This document shows, in pieces, positions 27,409-37,302 of a stretch of DNA of 43,733 nucleotides (position 1 is its first letter; each line of letters begins with the position of its first letter). The DNA comes from a virus. The position numbers were made by a program, and so were the translations under genes. The stretch lies in the IMG/VR virus record IMGVR_UViG_3300025010_000018. One strand, given 5' to 3'. The notes beneath the pieces were generated by a model that saw only the letters and a program-made list of their open reading frames with translations, ran no database searches and had not been told where the DNA came from.

Positions 27409-29069
27409 TGAATATGAACATAACGCCAAAAGTATTTTGGTATCAAAACCTAAGTGGTGGAATGAACCAATCCACGGACAATAGACTTCTTGAGAACAAC
27501 GAGTCTCCCCTATTAAAAAACATCATCTTAGATAGAATAGGAAACTGGTCTAGTAGAAAAGGAACTGACTTACTAGGCAGTGTTACAGTGGGGAGCGATA
27601 GAGTCTGGGGGCTTGGTACTTATGATAAGTCAGACGGAACGCATACATTTTATAGAGTAGTCAATAGAGATTTGGAAGAGTTCAATGGAACTGATACTTG
27701 GTCTGTAGAAGACACCGATGAATGGACTGCAAGTAAAAAAGTTAATATGGTGAACTTCTTAGATAGAATGTATCTAGGTTGTGAAGATGGAACTACGCCG
27801 CTTTCCTATACTACGGGCGGAGCAATTACGGACATTGTACCTACTATAGGAGGACATCATCTAGCAGTAAACAAGGCTATCTTAGCCGTTGGTGGAAACA
27901 ATATTCAACCAAATACCATATTCTTTAGCAAACCAAATACCGACACTTTTTATGATGCAACTGGAACTTGCGCTGCAAATGCAGATGTAGCAGGTGCAAA
28001 CACAGTAACTACGACTGCTGCAATATTTGAAGCATATCACGAAGGGGCGGCTTACCTGTATAATTCCACAGAGGGTGTTTTAAGATTTATTACAGGATTT
28101 ACAAGTGGAACTGTTGTAACTACTGATGGAAGCACTTCTACATGGGACAACGACACGGTTTACGTTTTAATAGACTACTTTACTCAAGATAATAAATGTA
28201 CTGGTATAACTTCTTTTAACGAGAGGTTTATTAGTTTTGATGAGGATAATATGTATCAATGGGACCCTGCGTCAACATGGTCCAATAAAATGCCAGGGTT
28301 TGGATGTGTAAACGAAAGGACTATCCAAGAGGTTAATGGAAATCTAATATGGGTCGACAGAGAGGCTGTTTATCTGTATGACGGCTCAAATAGACCAATG
28401 GATATTTCTAAAAAAATAAAAGACGCTGTGGACGGATTTGGATTGTTTGACCTAATTAACCCTACAAACTTTGGACAACTAGCGGCTGGTTCATTTGACG
28501 GAAAATACTATTTGTCAGTTGGAGACCTATCCACACTATCAGGAGCACCAGCGAGTGCTTTGACAAATGTAGAGTTTGTATTTGATATGACATCAGGGGT
28601 GTGGACTATGAATAGTCGAGACGATGAGCCTGTAGTATATTCTACATATACCAACACGAGTGGGTCTAAGGATTTATATTACGGAGAGAAGACTAATCTC
28701 GCAGTGTATAAAATGAATATAGGAACTACCGATGACGATAGTGCTGGAGCGGCTGGAGTAATATCAGTTGAAGGAAGAACTCAAGAATACTCATTTAGTG
28801 ACCCTACAATCGAATATAGGGTGTCAGCGTTCTACGTGAAATACAAGGCTGGCGGAGATGTGACAATTACCTATTCAAAGAACGGTGGTAGCTATAGTGC
28901 ATTAACCACGCTCTCATCCTCGACTACAACTACGGTAGAAAAGATACTCCCAAGAACAGAATGTCAGGGATTCACACACTCACTGAAATTTACAAGCTCG
29001 TCTACAATGATGATTGAGGCTATAGGGTTCTTAGCAACTCCAGTAAGTTTTGGTAAGGTAGGAATGTAA
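27408..29069 (+). CDS. Tail (nozzle/tubular) protein candidate (553 aa)
   Basis: Size and position only. Confidence 0.5.
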   Translation: MNMNITPKVFWYQNLSGGMNQSTDNRLLENNESPLLKNIILDRIGNWSSRKGTDLLGSVTVGSDRVWGLGTYDKSDGTHTFYRVVNRDLEEFNGTDTWSVEDTDEWTASKKVNMVNFLDRMYLGCEDGTTPLSYTTGGAITDIVPTIGGHHLAVNKAILAVGGNNIQPNTIFFSKPNTDTFYDATGTCAANADVAGANTVTTTAAIFEAYHEGAAYLYNSTEGVLRFITGFTSGTVVTTDGSTSTWDNDTVYVLIDYFTQDNKCTGITSFNERFISFDEDNMYQWDPASTWSNKMPGFGCVNERTIQEVNGNLIWVDREAVYLYDGSNRPMDISKKIKDAVDGFGLFDLINPTNFGQLAAGSFDGKYYLSVGDLSTLSGAPASALTNVEFVFDMTSGVWTMNSRDDEPVVYSTYTNTSGSKDLYYGEKTNLAVYKMNIGTTDDDSAGAAGVISVEGRTQEYSFSDPTIEYRVSAFYVKYKAGGDVTITYSKNGGSYSALTTLSSSTTTTVEKILPRTECQGFTHSLKFTSSSTMMIEAIGFLATPVSFGKVGM

Positions 29070-29326
29070 TGGAAATAATAACCGATGTAAAAACAATTAC
29101 AGAGGCAGGATTTGATGTATATCTAGTTAGGTCTATATTGCCAGAGGGAGGGATGAGTATATCGTCGGCTGGAAATTTTACTGATGCGAGCAGCTTGGTT
29201 GGAGGAATAATTGGAAGTGAAGGAATAATGTATTTAGGTAGTAAACAAATAAAACTCGACGGTAAGAACAGAAGGATTATAATTTATGACGGTGTAAACA
29301 GCAGGGTAAATTTAGGGCAACTCTAA
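29069..29326 (+). CDS. Hypothetical structural protein (85 aa)
   Basis: ORF track; overlapping start/stop. Confidence 0.5.
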   Translation: MEIITDVKTITEAGFDVYLVRSILPEGGMSISSAGNFTDASSLVGGIIGSEGIMYLGSKQIKLDGKNRRIIIYDGVNSRVNLGQL

Positions 29327-29327
29327 A

Positions 29328-30068
29328 ATGACAAAGTGGGGACTTAATTCCAGTAGAAGAGGATTCTCGGTTGATACTGCGAGCGATAAACAGCTTTCTT
29401 TTTCTAGTGAATGGCCACTCTTACCTATCGAAGCAGAGGGTGAACAGACTGCAACTTGCGGTGCGGCGCCAGAGAATATTACTCTATACACCCATAACCT
29501 TGGATACGCACCAGTATTTTTAATAGACAGGCTAAGCGGCACTCCGTTTTATCCACTCCAGGCATTTTGTGATGAAACTAAAATATGGGTAAGTACCTAC
29601 CCAGGGGACGACTTTGTTTTAAGATGGAAGGTGTTTAGGAGGGCGATAAAAACAACCTATTCAGCCCCCAACATAAACGTCCAAGACGCAACAGTTGGGC
29701 TAGACGATGATTATGGGGTATTTGTATCGCTTCCTGGTAAAAGTACTGATTCTACAGATAAAAGGGATTTCGCGATAAGAAGCGATGTTAGACAGCTTAT
29801 GATTGCCCAAAGTGGGTATACAGCAGAGAATACGAGTGGTGTAACCGTGACCCATAACCTTGGATACGAACCAATGTATCTGGCATATGTACAAGGATAC
29901 AACGATGATTTTTCTGCTTTTCAAGAGAACAGATTTAGACTAGCATCTGAGGCTGACGACCTGTATCTGACTGCAGACGACACAACATTTGAGATGGTAT
30001 TTTATGGTCTACCTTGGCCGCAAATAGCATATATATTATTTAAAGATACCTTAATAGCTAATGGGTAA
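29328..30068 (+). CDS. Hypothetical structural protein (246 aa) with an internal duplication
   Basis: THNLGYAPVFL and THNLGYEPMYL recur about 120 residues apart. Confidence 0.55.
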   Translation: MTKWGLNSSRRGFSVDTASDKQLSFSSEWPLLPIEAEGEQTATCGAAPENITLYTHNLGYAPVFLIDRLSGTPFYPLQAFCDETKIWVSTYPGDDFVLRWKVFRRAIKTTYSAPNINVQDATVGLDDDYGVFVSLPGKSTDSTDKRDFAIRSDVRQLMIAQSGYTAENTSGVTVTHNLGYEPMYLAYVQGYNDDFSAFQENRFRLASEADDLYLTADDTTFEMVFYGLPWPQIAYILFKDTLIANG

Positions 30069-30522
30069 GATTTCGGTAGAAACAGATAGTGTCTTTAGAG
30101 TGTCGCTCCCAGGATACGATGTCGAAACGGCAACCCCAGAGCAGTGCTCCATTCATAGTGGATTCGACTACCCGAAAATTGAGGAACATCTGGAGGGATA
30201 TAATATAGTTACCATGGCAAGCAGTATCCCCGCTGGTGATAATACGGTATTAACAATAGACCACAGCTACGGATACGTTCCGTCATGGCTAGTCTTTTTA
30301 GACGACATTGACGACAATCTTACCACTAATTTTGCAAGGCTCCCATTCACGGAGGCGCTGCCTATTGACTGGTATTTTAAGGTAGAAATGAGTACTACAC
30401 AAATGAAGATAGTTCTGCATTATGATGACTTGGGCGGAGTTGGGAACATGACGTCAGTAGATTATCCGACTATCCCTGGGAAGAGGTTTGCTTTTAAATG
30501 GCAGTGTTGGGTTAACGACTAG
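30061..30522 (+). CDS. Hypothetical structural protein (153 aa), related to the repeat of the previous gene
   Basis: IDHSYGYVPSWLVFL resembles the THNLGY.P..L motif. Confidence 0.5.
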   Translation: MGKISVETDSVFRVSLPGYDVETATPEQCSIHSGFDYPKIEEHLEGYNIVTMASSIPAGDNTVLTIDHSYGYVPSWLVFLDDIDDNLTTNFARLPFTEALPIDWYFKVEMSTTQMKIVLHYDDLGGVGNMTSVDYPTIPGKRFAFKWQCWVND

Positions 30523-30603
30523 ACTTGATTTAATTTTTAATGTACTATAATAAAAACAATCTAGCAGTAGGAACAAGATTCTCTTAGATTATAATAATAA
30601 ACC

Positions 30604-31299
30604 ATGGCTCAACTCTGGCAGGAAATCGCTAATGTCCCAGGACTTACAGGTTCTTGGAAGGAAAGACTAGCACAGTATTATAAACAGCTTACAGGAAAGA
30701 ACTACAGAGGGACCCTTGATGAAGGCCTATATATGTTAGACCAAATCAAAAAGGGTAACTATGCACAACCACAGACAACGCCAGCGTCAACACCAGCTAG
30801 CACTGACCTAGCTACAGGATATGCACAGACAGGTGTTACGGCAGGTCAAAATGCTTCAGCAACACCACAGTTTGAAAGTGTAATGCCATTTTATGATGCA
30901 TGGGGAAGAATGTTGCCACAAGCTACCGATGCTGCAAACTCACAAATAAATCCAGAATCAGTTAGAAATTTTAACAGTCAGTATAATGATTATATGAGTG
31001 GAATGACATCAGCAGGTGGACAGAGATTTGGAAGAGCATTGGGTGGGGTGGGAGATTTGAAGGCAAGTGCAGAAAGAGACAGGCAGGGCCAGTTACAGGA
31101 TTGGTTAAACCAATATCAGCAAGGGTATAAGGAAATATTCTATAATCCATCAAGAGACGCATGGAATAGTGCAATCACACAGGGCTCTACACCAGACCAA
31201 ACATTAAAAGAAATCCCTACATGGGATAAGGCATACCAAACACTTAGCAACCAGTATCAAGGAGGGTCTGTAAATAACGCCTCTCCTTTTTATGGATAA
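30604..31299 (+). CDS. Internal virion / ejection protein candidate (231 aa, Q/N/S-rich)
   Basis: Composition and position. Confidence 0.45.
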   Translation: MAQLWQEIANVPGLTGSWKERLAQYYKQLTGKNYRGTLDEGLYMLDQIKKGNYAQPQTTPASTPASTDLATGYAQTGVTAGQNASATPQFESVMPFYDAWGRMLPQATDAANSQINPESVRNFNSQYNDYMSGMTSAGGQRFGRALGGVGDLKASAERDRQGQLQDWLNQYQQGYKEIFYNPSRDAWNSAITQGSTPDQTLKEIPTWDKAYQTLSNQYQGGSVNNASPFYG

Positions 31300-31316
31300 T
31301 TTATTAAAAGATTAAA

Positions 31317-32066
31317 ATGGCAAACTTAGATGCGTTAGGACAACAATTAGCAAGTACAGAAGCACAGTTAGGACAGTATACTGCTAACTTACCTTCTGAA
31401 ATTCAAACACAGATTCAAAACGCATATACACCTGCACTTCAAAATTCTCTCAATACTACCAAACAACAGATGGGAGACTATCTTGGTAGATACTTTGATA
31501 CTACAAGCATGGGACCTGGCATGGCAGGAACTACAGCTATGGATTTAAGTCCTACACAGAAACTAGGTGTAATGGGAAGAGAACTAGGGACTATGTCTGG
31601 AGAACTACAGGCTACTCAGAGATTCTCTGATTATCTTGGTGGACAAATGAACGACTTGGTAGCCAAGGGCCAACAGGCTGCCCAAATGGGACAACAGAAT
31701 TTAGCTGACCAGTATAATAGAAAAGCACAAGAATATTCATGGGCATTACAACAAAGTGAGGCTGAAAAAGATAGGGCAGCTGCAGCCGCTAACGCAAGAG
31801 CAAGTTCAAGTGGATTATCAGAAGAACAGATTGCAGCTATATTGGGAGGGCAGAATAATGCAAAGAATAACATAACAAGTACAATATCAAATATAGTTGC
31901 AGAGAGACAGAATGGAACAATAAGTAATAACGATTTCAATAGCGCATATAATGAGATAATGAACTATGCTAAACAAAATCAATTAGGGATTAATGAAGAA
32001 GGATTATGGCAGGCGCTAGGAAACACATCTGCAAATGGGCAAACTGTGCCTTTATTTATAAACTAG
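31317..32066 (+). CDS. Internal virion / ejection protein candidate (249 aa, Q/A-rich helical)
   Basis: Composition and position. Confidence 0.45.
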   Translation: MANLDALGQQLASTEAQLGQYTANLPSEIQTQIQNAYTPALQNSLNTTKQQMGDYLGRYFDTTSMGPGMAGTTAMDLSPTQKLGVMGRELGTMSGELQATQRFSDYLGGQMNDLVAKGQQAAQMGQQNLADQYNRKAQEYSWALQQSEAEKDRAAAAANARASSSGLSEEQIAAILGGQNNAKNNITSTISNIVAERQNGTISNNDFNSAYNEIMNYAKQNQLGINEEGLWQALGNTSANGQTVPLFIN

Positions 32067-32073
32067 AAAAACT

Positions 32074-34164
32074 ATGAGTTTGTTAATGGATTTGTTAAAA
32101 GGAATAGTTCAGTATACACCTGGAAGCCAGGCTGTTAGAGATACTATTCAAAATGTAAAAGACGTAGGATTGGCCAATAAAGTTAAGAGAGTTGAAGCAC
32201 CAAACTTCACTACACAACAACTTTCGGCAATGGGAAACTCAAAAAACTTCTACAATAATCCACAAGTTGCCTCATTTTTGGGCAATCTGTCAAAGTCGAA
32301 TACTGCAAATACGCAGTTACAAAGTGAATTACAAAATCCTACTGCAAATGCCTCGTTCAATAAATTATTTGGTGTAAGTCCAATTGAACAACAAAGACAA
32401 GCAGGTTCTCAATTATATGGAATAACACCAGAAAAACCAAGAGGAACATTTATATCTCCAACTGCTGGTAGAGATTATATCGAAGGAATTAGCATGGTTT
32501 TAGGTGGGCTGGGTGGTAAGGCACTTGCTGGAACAACAGGGTTTGGTGGAGTTGCGTCAAGAGCCGCAACTCAAGGGTTATCTAGTGCAGGGCAAAGTTA
32601 TGGAGAATCAAATCCTCAAAACGCATTAGCTTCTACATTAATCGGTGGAGGGTTAGGCACGGTTCTTTCTGTAGGCAGTGATTTACTGGGTTCAATGAAA
32701 GGACTAAAGAAGACAGGGACTAAGTTGCAAGCATATAATACAGGACAGACAGAGGCAGGAATGACAACCAAAGAGATGTCTAATACATTGAAAGACAATG
32801 CAAGAATTCTCGGATTAAAGAAGACTTCACAACTACCAAACTCTGCACAGGGCCTTATGGATTTAGCAAAGAATAAGTCAGTACCACTAATTGAATTAAG
32901 ACAAAATATCTTAGATACAATTCCAGAGACAGAAGTTCCAAACATTACAAAGAGTGCACTACAAAAGATAGAAGATTTAATAGATGCAAGTGGAATGGCA
33001 GAATCTCTCAGGGGTTCAGAAGCATATAATAATATAATCAATGCTGTAACAAAATCAAAGTCCGCAAGTAGTCTACAAAAGTATGCCTCTACCTATGGGA
33101 AAGATGCTTTTATGAAAGGTGTTGATATGGCGTCCGATACTGCTAGAAATATGTATAAAATTGGAAACAGTGCTATTGTGAGTTCACTTGGAGAAGCAGT
33201 CCCAAACAGTGCTTCAAATGTACTTATCGGTGCCGCAATCAAAAAGAATCCATTACTCGGAGAATACCTCGGAAAGGCTGGTACTCCACTTAAAGCAACT
33301 CAAACACTTCTTGCAGACACCATGGCTATTGGTGGAGATAAAGCTGTAGAAGATATGGCTGTAGCAGGATTGACCCCTGCAAATATTCCAGTGTTAAACA
33401 GAATGTTACCAACTCAACAGGAACCACTTCAAAAACTTGGTAGTGTAACTGGGAAACTATTCCAAGGATTAGGAAAAACAGCGGGAGATATAGAGCCAGT
33501 CGCAAGAGGATTAATAACACCCACATCAGTTGGAGTACCACAATTGTTCACTAATCCTGTCGTGAGTTCTGAACAGGCATCACAAGGTGTACAAAATAAC
33601 CAAGGACTTGGAGCTGGACAACAAAGTAGTAATGCTGATTTCTTGAATATGGTAAAGAATTCGTTGAGTGGAACATCATCGATAGGTGTCTCCAGTGAAA
33701 ATGCTCAAAAGGCACAATTAATAGATGCTTTGGTGCTAAGTGGACAACTATCAACAGCACAAGCAAATTATATGAAAGATTCCCTAGGAATTGTGTCGGC
33801 TGAACAGACTGCATCTCAGCAAATTGCAGAGGGAAAGAAGAAGGTTGTTCTTAGTAGCTTAACAAAGTTGAAAGATACATTAGATAGCGGAGGAACAGGT
33901 ATTCTAGCATTACAGGATATTCCAGCACAAGGGGGAAACTCGTTGGCACAAAAATACAAACTATATGGAAAAAATATTTGGGATAGTATTGCAAGAAACA
34001 GAACTGGTGCTGCAATTAACAAAGCTGAGGAAGAGTTCTACAAAACGTTCATACCTGATATGTGGGACACCGCCGAAAATAGAACTGCAAAGCTCGACGA
34101 ATTGGCGAGTATCCTTTCAAACGGTGACGTTGAGGACTACCTAGGAATAAAGGATATAAAATAA
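32074..34164 (+). CDS. Large internal virion / ejection protein candidate (696 aa)
   Basis: Largest late ORF after the fibres; G/S/A/Q-rich; followed by muralytic enzymes. Confidence 0.45.
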   Translation: MSLLMDLLKGIVQYTPGSQAVRDTIQNVKDVGLANKVKRVEAPNFTTQQLSAMGNSKNFYNNPQVASFLGNLSKSNTANTQLQSELQNPTANASFNKLFGVSPIEQQRQAGSQLYGITPEKPRGTFISPTAGRDYIEGISMVLGGLGGKALAGTTGFGGVASRAATQGLSSAGQSYGESNPQNALASTLIGGGLGTVLSVGSDLLGSMKGLKKTGTKLQAYNTGQTEAGMTTKEMSNTLKDNARILGLKKTSQLPNSAQGLMDLAKNKSVPLIELRQNILDTIPETEVPNITKSALQKIEDLIDASGMAESLRGSEAYNNIINAVTKSKSASSLQKYASTYGKDAFMKGVDMASDTARNMYKIGNSAIVSSLGEAVPNSASNVLIGAAIKKNPLLGEYLGKAGTPLKATQTLLADTMAIGGDKAVEDMAVAGLTPANIPVLNRMLPTQQEPLQKLGSVTGKLFQGLGKTAGDIEPVARGLITPTSVGVPQLFTNPVVSSEQASQGVQNNQGLGAGQQSSNADFLNMVKNSLSGTSSIGVSSENAQKAQLIDALVLSGQLSTAQANYMKDSLGIVSAEQTASQQIAEGKKKVVLSSLTKLKDTLDSGGTGILALQDIPAQGGNSLAQKYKLYGKNIWDSIARNRTGAAINKAEEEFYKTFIPDMWDTAENRTAKLDELASILSNGDVEDYLGIKDIK

Positions 34165-34194
34165 TTTTGAAATTTAGATTATGCGTGATACATT

Positions 34195-34479
34195 ATGGAG
34201 AACCAGATTAAAATAGCAAAACTACAGACGCAAATGGAACAAGTAAAAGAGGAGATATACCAGACCAGAACGGAAATGAAGGAGGGGTTTAGTGATGTTG
34301 GCAATCAAATTACGGGTATCTTCGACAAGCTTGATTGTTATGTTACAAAGGAAACCTATAATAAAGACATTGGGGAACTTAATAATAAGCTTGGTAAACA
34401 GAGTGGAAACTGGGATTGGATTGTGAAGACAATAATGGCTGTTGTAATCGGTGCATTACTCACATTAGTTTTGAAGTAA
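34195..34479 (+). CDS. Coiled-coil protein with a C-terminal transmembrane anchor (94 aa)
   Basis: C-terminal WIVKTIMAVVIGALLTLVLK. Confidence 0.55.
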   Translation: MENQIKIAKLQTQMEQVKEEIYQTRTEMKEGFSDVGNQITGIFDKLDCYVTKETYNKDIGELNNKLGKQSGNWDWIVKTIMAVVIGALLTLVLK

Positions 34480-34485
34480 AACACC

Positions 34486-35310
34486 ATGCCTTCACTGGCG
34501 GACATATACAACGAGGTAAAAGACTACATTGCACCCGCTGGAGGACAGGGATTATTTGAGGCATTTAAGACAAACGCCAGCGATAGGAAAAAAAAGAGAG
34601 AAGATAGACTCTATGGGTTTCATCAGTATGACCAACCAGTACTTACTAATCACGGATATGTAAATGACACTCAGTCAATGGACTATATGATGGACATGGC
34701 CAAACAAGAGAGGGCGGCAAGCATGCAGCCACAGGCACAACAATCCCTAACACAGCAATATACTGCACCAGTAGAAACACCTATTCTCCAAGAACCAGTA
34801 GTTCAACCACAGATACTTGGGGCACAAAGTAAGAAAGCACCAACCTATAGCGAGGAACAAAAGAGGAAGGCAATTAATAAATTCACAACCAATGCTTCTC
34901 GTGTTGACCCAAATCTTCCATTTAGAAGTACTCCTGAGAAAGCAAAAGAAAATGCAAACTATATTAACCAATATCTAAATGAAGTATTTAACAAGGCACC
35001 TCAGTATGGACTAGACCCAATGATGATTACAGCTATCGCTGCGCAAGAGAGTGGGTGGGGTGGACAGAGATACGGAAACAACCTCGTAGGATACGGTGTG
35101 TTTGAATCGGGACAGAATCTAGATACAGACCATTCTGAAAAGGCAATTCCAGAGGCTGTTGATGCATTGTTGCAGAAAATATCCACCGATTGGGGAGGAC
35201 AATATCAGGGCAAGACTACACCTGAAGGGTTTGTTGAAAGTAAATATAAATGGAATGTGCATCCTTCATGGGTACAAAATGTTGGTATAATAAGAAATTC
35301 ACTTAACTAA
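34486..35310 (+). CDS. Peptidoglycan hydrolase, glucosaminidase (GH73/FlgJ-like) domain
   Basis: ITAIAAQESGWGGQRYGNNLVGYGV matches the ESGWG...NNLFG core. Confidence 0.6.
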   Translation: MPSLADIYNEVKDYIAPAGGQGLFEAFKTNASDRKKKREDRLYGFHQYDQPVLTNHGYVNDTQSMDYMMDMAKQERAASMQPQAQQSLTQQYTAPVETPILQEPVVQPQILGAQSKKAPTYSEEQKRKAINKFTTNASRVDPNLPFRSTPEKAKENANYINQYLNEVFNKAPQYGLDPMMITAIAAQESGWGGQRYGNNLVGYGVFESGQNLDTDHSEKAIPEAVDALLQKISTDWGGQYQGKTTPEGFVESKYKWNVHPSWVQNVGIIRNSLN

Positions 35311-35357
35311 TTATAGGATTATTAACAAAAACTCAATTTTAGCATATAATACCAATT

Positions 35358-36146
35358 ATGAAATTTACTGACCCAACAGGGAATGGCAGGATAGTAATAA
35401 CACAAACATATCACGGTGAAACTCACAAACTTCCCGACACTCAATGTGCCATTGATATTAGAATGAGCGCTAACGAAATTTTTCATTCAGCAACAGATGG
35501 GGTGGTGGAGGGGTTGTGGCCAGATTATATTTCAATAATCCCAACAGATTCAAAATTCAGAACATTATACGTCCATACCGATAGGCACATCGTCAAAAAG
35601 GGGCAGGCAGTTAAGGCGGGCCAGAAACTCGGACAAATGGCACCGATTGCAAACCCCCATTTGCACTTTGGAATGAAATGGACGGATATGCACCAACCTG
35701 CGCCGAGGCTAATGGATTATTTTGATAGAACATTAGACATAACCACTGACTTTATTAAATATCCCGACATTGCTAAAGAGTGGTTTGTCGACAAGAAACT
35801 CAATAGGTCATTATTCCAAGATTTACAATATGGTCCTGTGGTGCCACCAGTTGACCCACGAATTGCAGAGTTAGAAAATCAGGTAGCTAACCTCCAGGTA
35901 CAGAACAGTGAGCTTAGCAATGAACTAAAACTCTCACACGAGCAAATTGTGAGCCTTGTATCAAACGCAGAACAATCAGAAAAAGAATATCAAGAATTAT
36001 CTGATAGATATGGTACACTAATGATAGAAAAGAAGACTGCAGTAAATGACAAGGAAGAAGCAATTCGAATATTAATGGCCTTGAAGTCTAGCAAATTCTT
36101 TTGGGTGCTGGAGCTGTTGGAGAAACTGTTTCCTAAGAAGAAATAA
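35358..36146 (+). CDS. M23-family peptidase with a C-terminal coiled coil
   Basis: LYVHTD ... VKAGQKLGQM ... NPHLHFG matches M23/LytM zinc-ligand motifs. Confidence 0.65.
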   Translation: MKFTDPTGNGRIVITQTYHGETHKLPDTQCAIDIRMSANEIFHSATDGVVEGLWPDYISIIPTDSKFRTLYVHTDRHIVKKGQAVKAGQKLGQMAPIANPHLHFGMKWTDMHQPAPRLMDYFDRTLDITTDFIKYPDIAKEWFVDKKLNRSLFQDLQYGPVVPPVDPRIAELENQVANLQVQNSELSNELKLSHEQIVSLVSNAEQSEKEYQELSDRYGTLMIEKKTAVNDKEEAIRILMALKSSKFFWVLELLEKLFPKKK

Positions 36147-36234
36147 GATTCCTTAAATTATTAGGAATGTATTTATTATACATTTGAGAGTCCGAGATAC
36201 ATTTACAAATATACGTAAGAATAAAAGAAAAGTT

Positions 36235-36342
36235 ATGGATATACTAAACACAGTTATAACAGTAGGAATGGTTACTTGTACTGTTGGTATTGTTTTAGTA
36301 TTGGTTGGTTCGTTAATTAAATTAATTGTGGAACAGATTTAA
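36235..36342 (+). CDS. Unlisted small single-helix membrane protein (35 aa, MDILNTVITVGMVTCTVGIVLVLVGSLIKLIVEQI)
   Basis: Hand translation; its stop lies 1 nt before the next ATG. Confidence 0.45.
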   Translation: MDILNTVITVGMVTCTVGIVLVLVGSLIKLIVEQI

Positions 36343-36343
36343 T

Positions 36344-36637
36344 ATGGCAGAAGACAAGAGAATAGTAGTAAATGTCCCTGAATGGTTTGACAAAAACTAC
36401 CCCCAATATAAAACAATACTATGGGGAATGGGTAGAGCATTTGTAGCTTCTTTTTTGGCTACATTAGTTCCTATGCTACAGACTATAACCGAAGAAACAT
36501 TCAGTTCGTGGTATAACATGAGAGTATTTTTATTGCCTACTTTAATCGCCTCTATAACGGCTGGAATAGTTGGGCTTGGAAAATTCTTGAGAAGTTATTT
36601 TGAAGAATCGAGTGCCATACAGAAGATACCTGTTTAA
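36344..36637 (+). CDS. Holin-like protein with two transmembrane helices (97 aa)
   Basis: AFVASFLATLVPML and VFLLPTLIASITAGIVGLG; ATG at 36344 preferred over TTG at 36326. Confidence 0.5.
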   Translation: MAEDKRIVVNVPEWFDKNYPQYKTILWGMGRAFVASFLATLVPMLQTITEETFSSWYNMRVFLLPTLIASITAGIVGLGKFLRSYFEESSAIQKIPV

Positions 36638-36671
36638 TTTAGAGACATCTTAATCTAATACCGATAATCTG

Positions 36672-36701
36672 TTGAATTATACTAAGAACTGCTCGTATAA
36701 T
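36672..36701 (+). promoter_or_regulatory. Sigma70-like promoter (TTGAAT, 18-nt spacer, TATAAT)
   Basis: -35 at 36672-36677 and -10 at 36696-36701. Confidence 0.4.
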
Positions 36702-36725
36702 GTAACAAGAAAAAGAATTTCACTA

Positions 36726-36757
36726 ACAAGGTTGTAGGGCGTATGCCTTGTTTTTTG
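36726..36757 (+). terminator. Rho-independent terminator (acaagg ... ccttgt followed by tttttt)
   Basis: 6-bp stem, 14-nt loop, T6 run; only about 20 nt downstream of the predicted start site. Confidence 0.55.
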
Positions 36758-36782
36758 CTACATAAATTCTATTGTTACAGTC

Positions 36783-37034
36783 ATGGAAACAGTAAGTTTA
36801 GAAAGAGAGGTGGTTAAGCAGAGAAATAAGATAGACTTGCTAGAACAAGAGAATAGTGATTTGAGAAGGGATTTAGTTGAACGTATAGTATTTAATAAAC
36901 TAATGTTAGACAGCAAGGTAGACCTATATAGTAAAGACAGGGATACGAACGCAAGAATTGATAAGGTTGAAAAAAGGTTAGTGGATTTAGAGGAGAAGAA
37001 AGAAACTAAGTTCAGTATATTTAAGAATGCCTAG
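36783..37034 (+). CDS. Hypothetical coiled-coil protein (83 aa)
   Basis: ORF track. Confidence 0.55.
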   Translation: METVSLEREVVKQRNKIDLLEQENSDLRRDLVERIVFNKLMLDSKVDLYSKDRDTNARIDKVEKRLVDLEEKKETKFSIFKNA

Positions 37035-37302
37035 ATATCGGGATGGTGAGAGTATGAAAGACTTGTTAATGGAATTATTGGACGAGTATCCCGCCCTCAG
37101 AAAAGACGAGAAGAAGTTGGTGTGGTGTGCGTGGGTTAAGTTGGGTTATGCAGATGAGTATTCAATGTCATACAAAGACTATTTAGAGGCCCCCCTTGAA
37201 TCTACAATATTAAGGCAGAAACGAAGGTTATTCAGAGATTGTCCTCAATATAAGTTTAGTGAAGAAAAGTATGCCCCAACAAGAAGGTTTAATCGTCAAT
37301 AG
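37027..37302 (+). CDS. Hypothetical protein (91 aa)
   Basis: ORF track; overlaps both neighbours. Confidence 0.5.
   Translation: MPRYRDGESMKDLLMELLDEYPALRKDEKKLVWCAWVKLGYADEYSMSYKDYLEAPLESTILRQKRRLFRDCPQYKFSEEKYAPTRRFNRQ

Noticed and set aside
32616-33041. Antisense ORF of 141 aa inside the 696-aa late gene, and similar antisense ORFs at 9685..10026, 11915..12208, 14695..14976 and 31631..31939
   Set aside because: They are fully nested antisense to long, well-supported genes in a unidirectional operon, with no translation signals.
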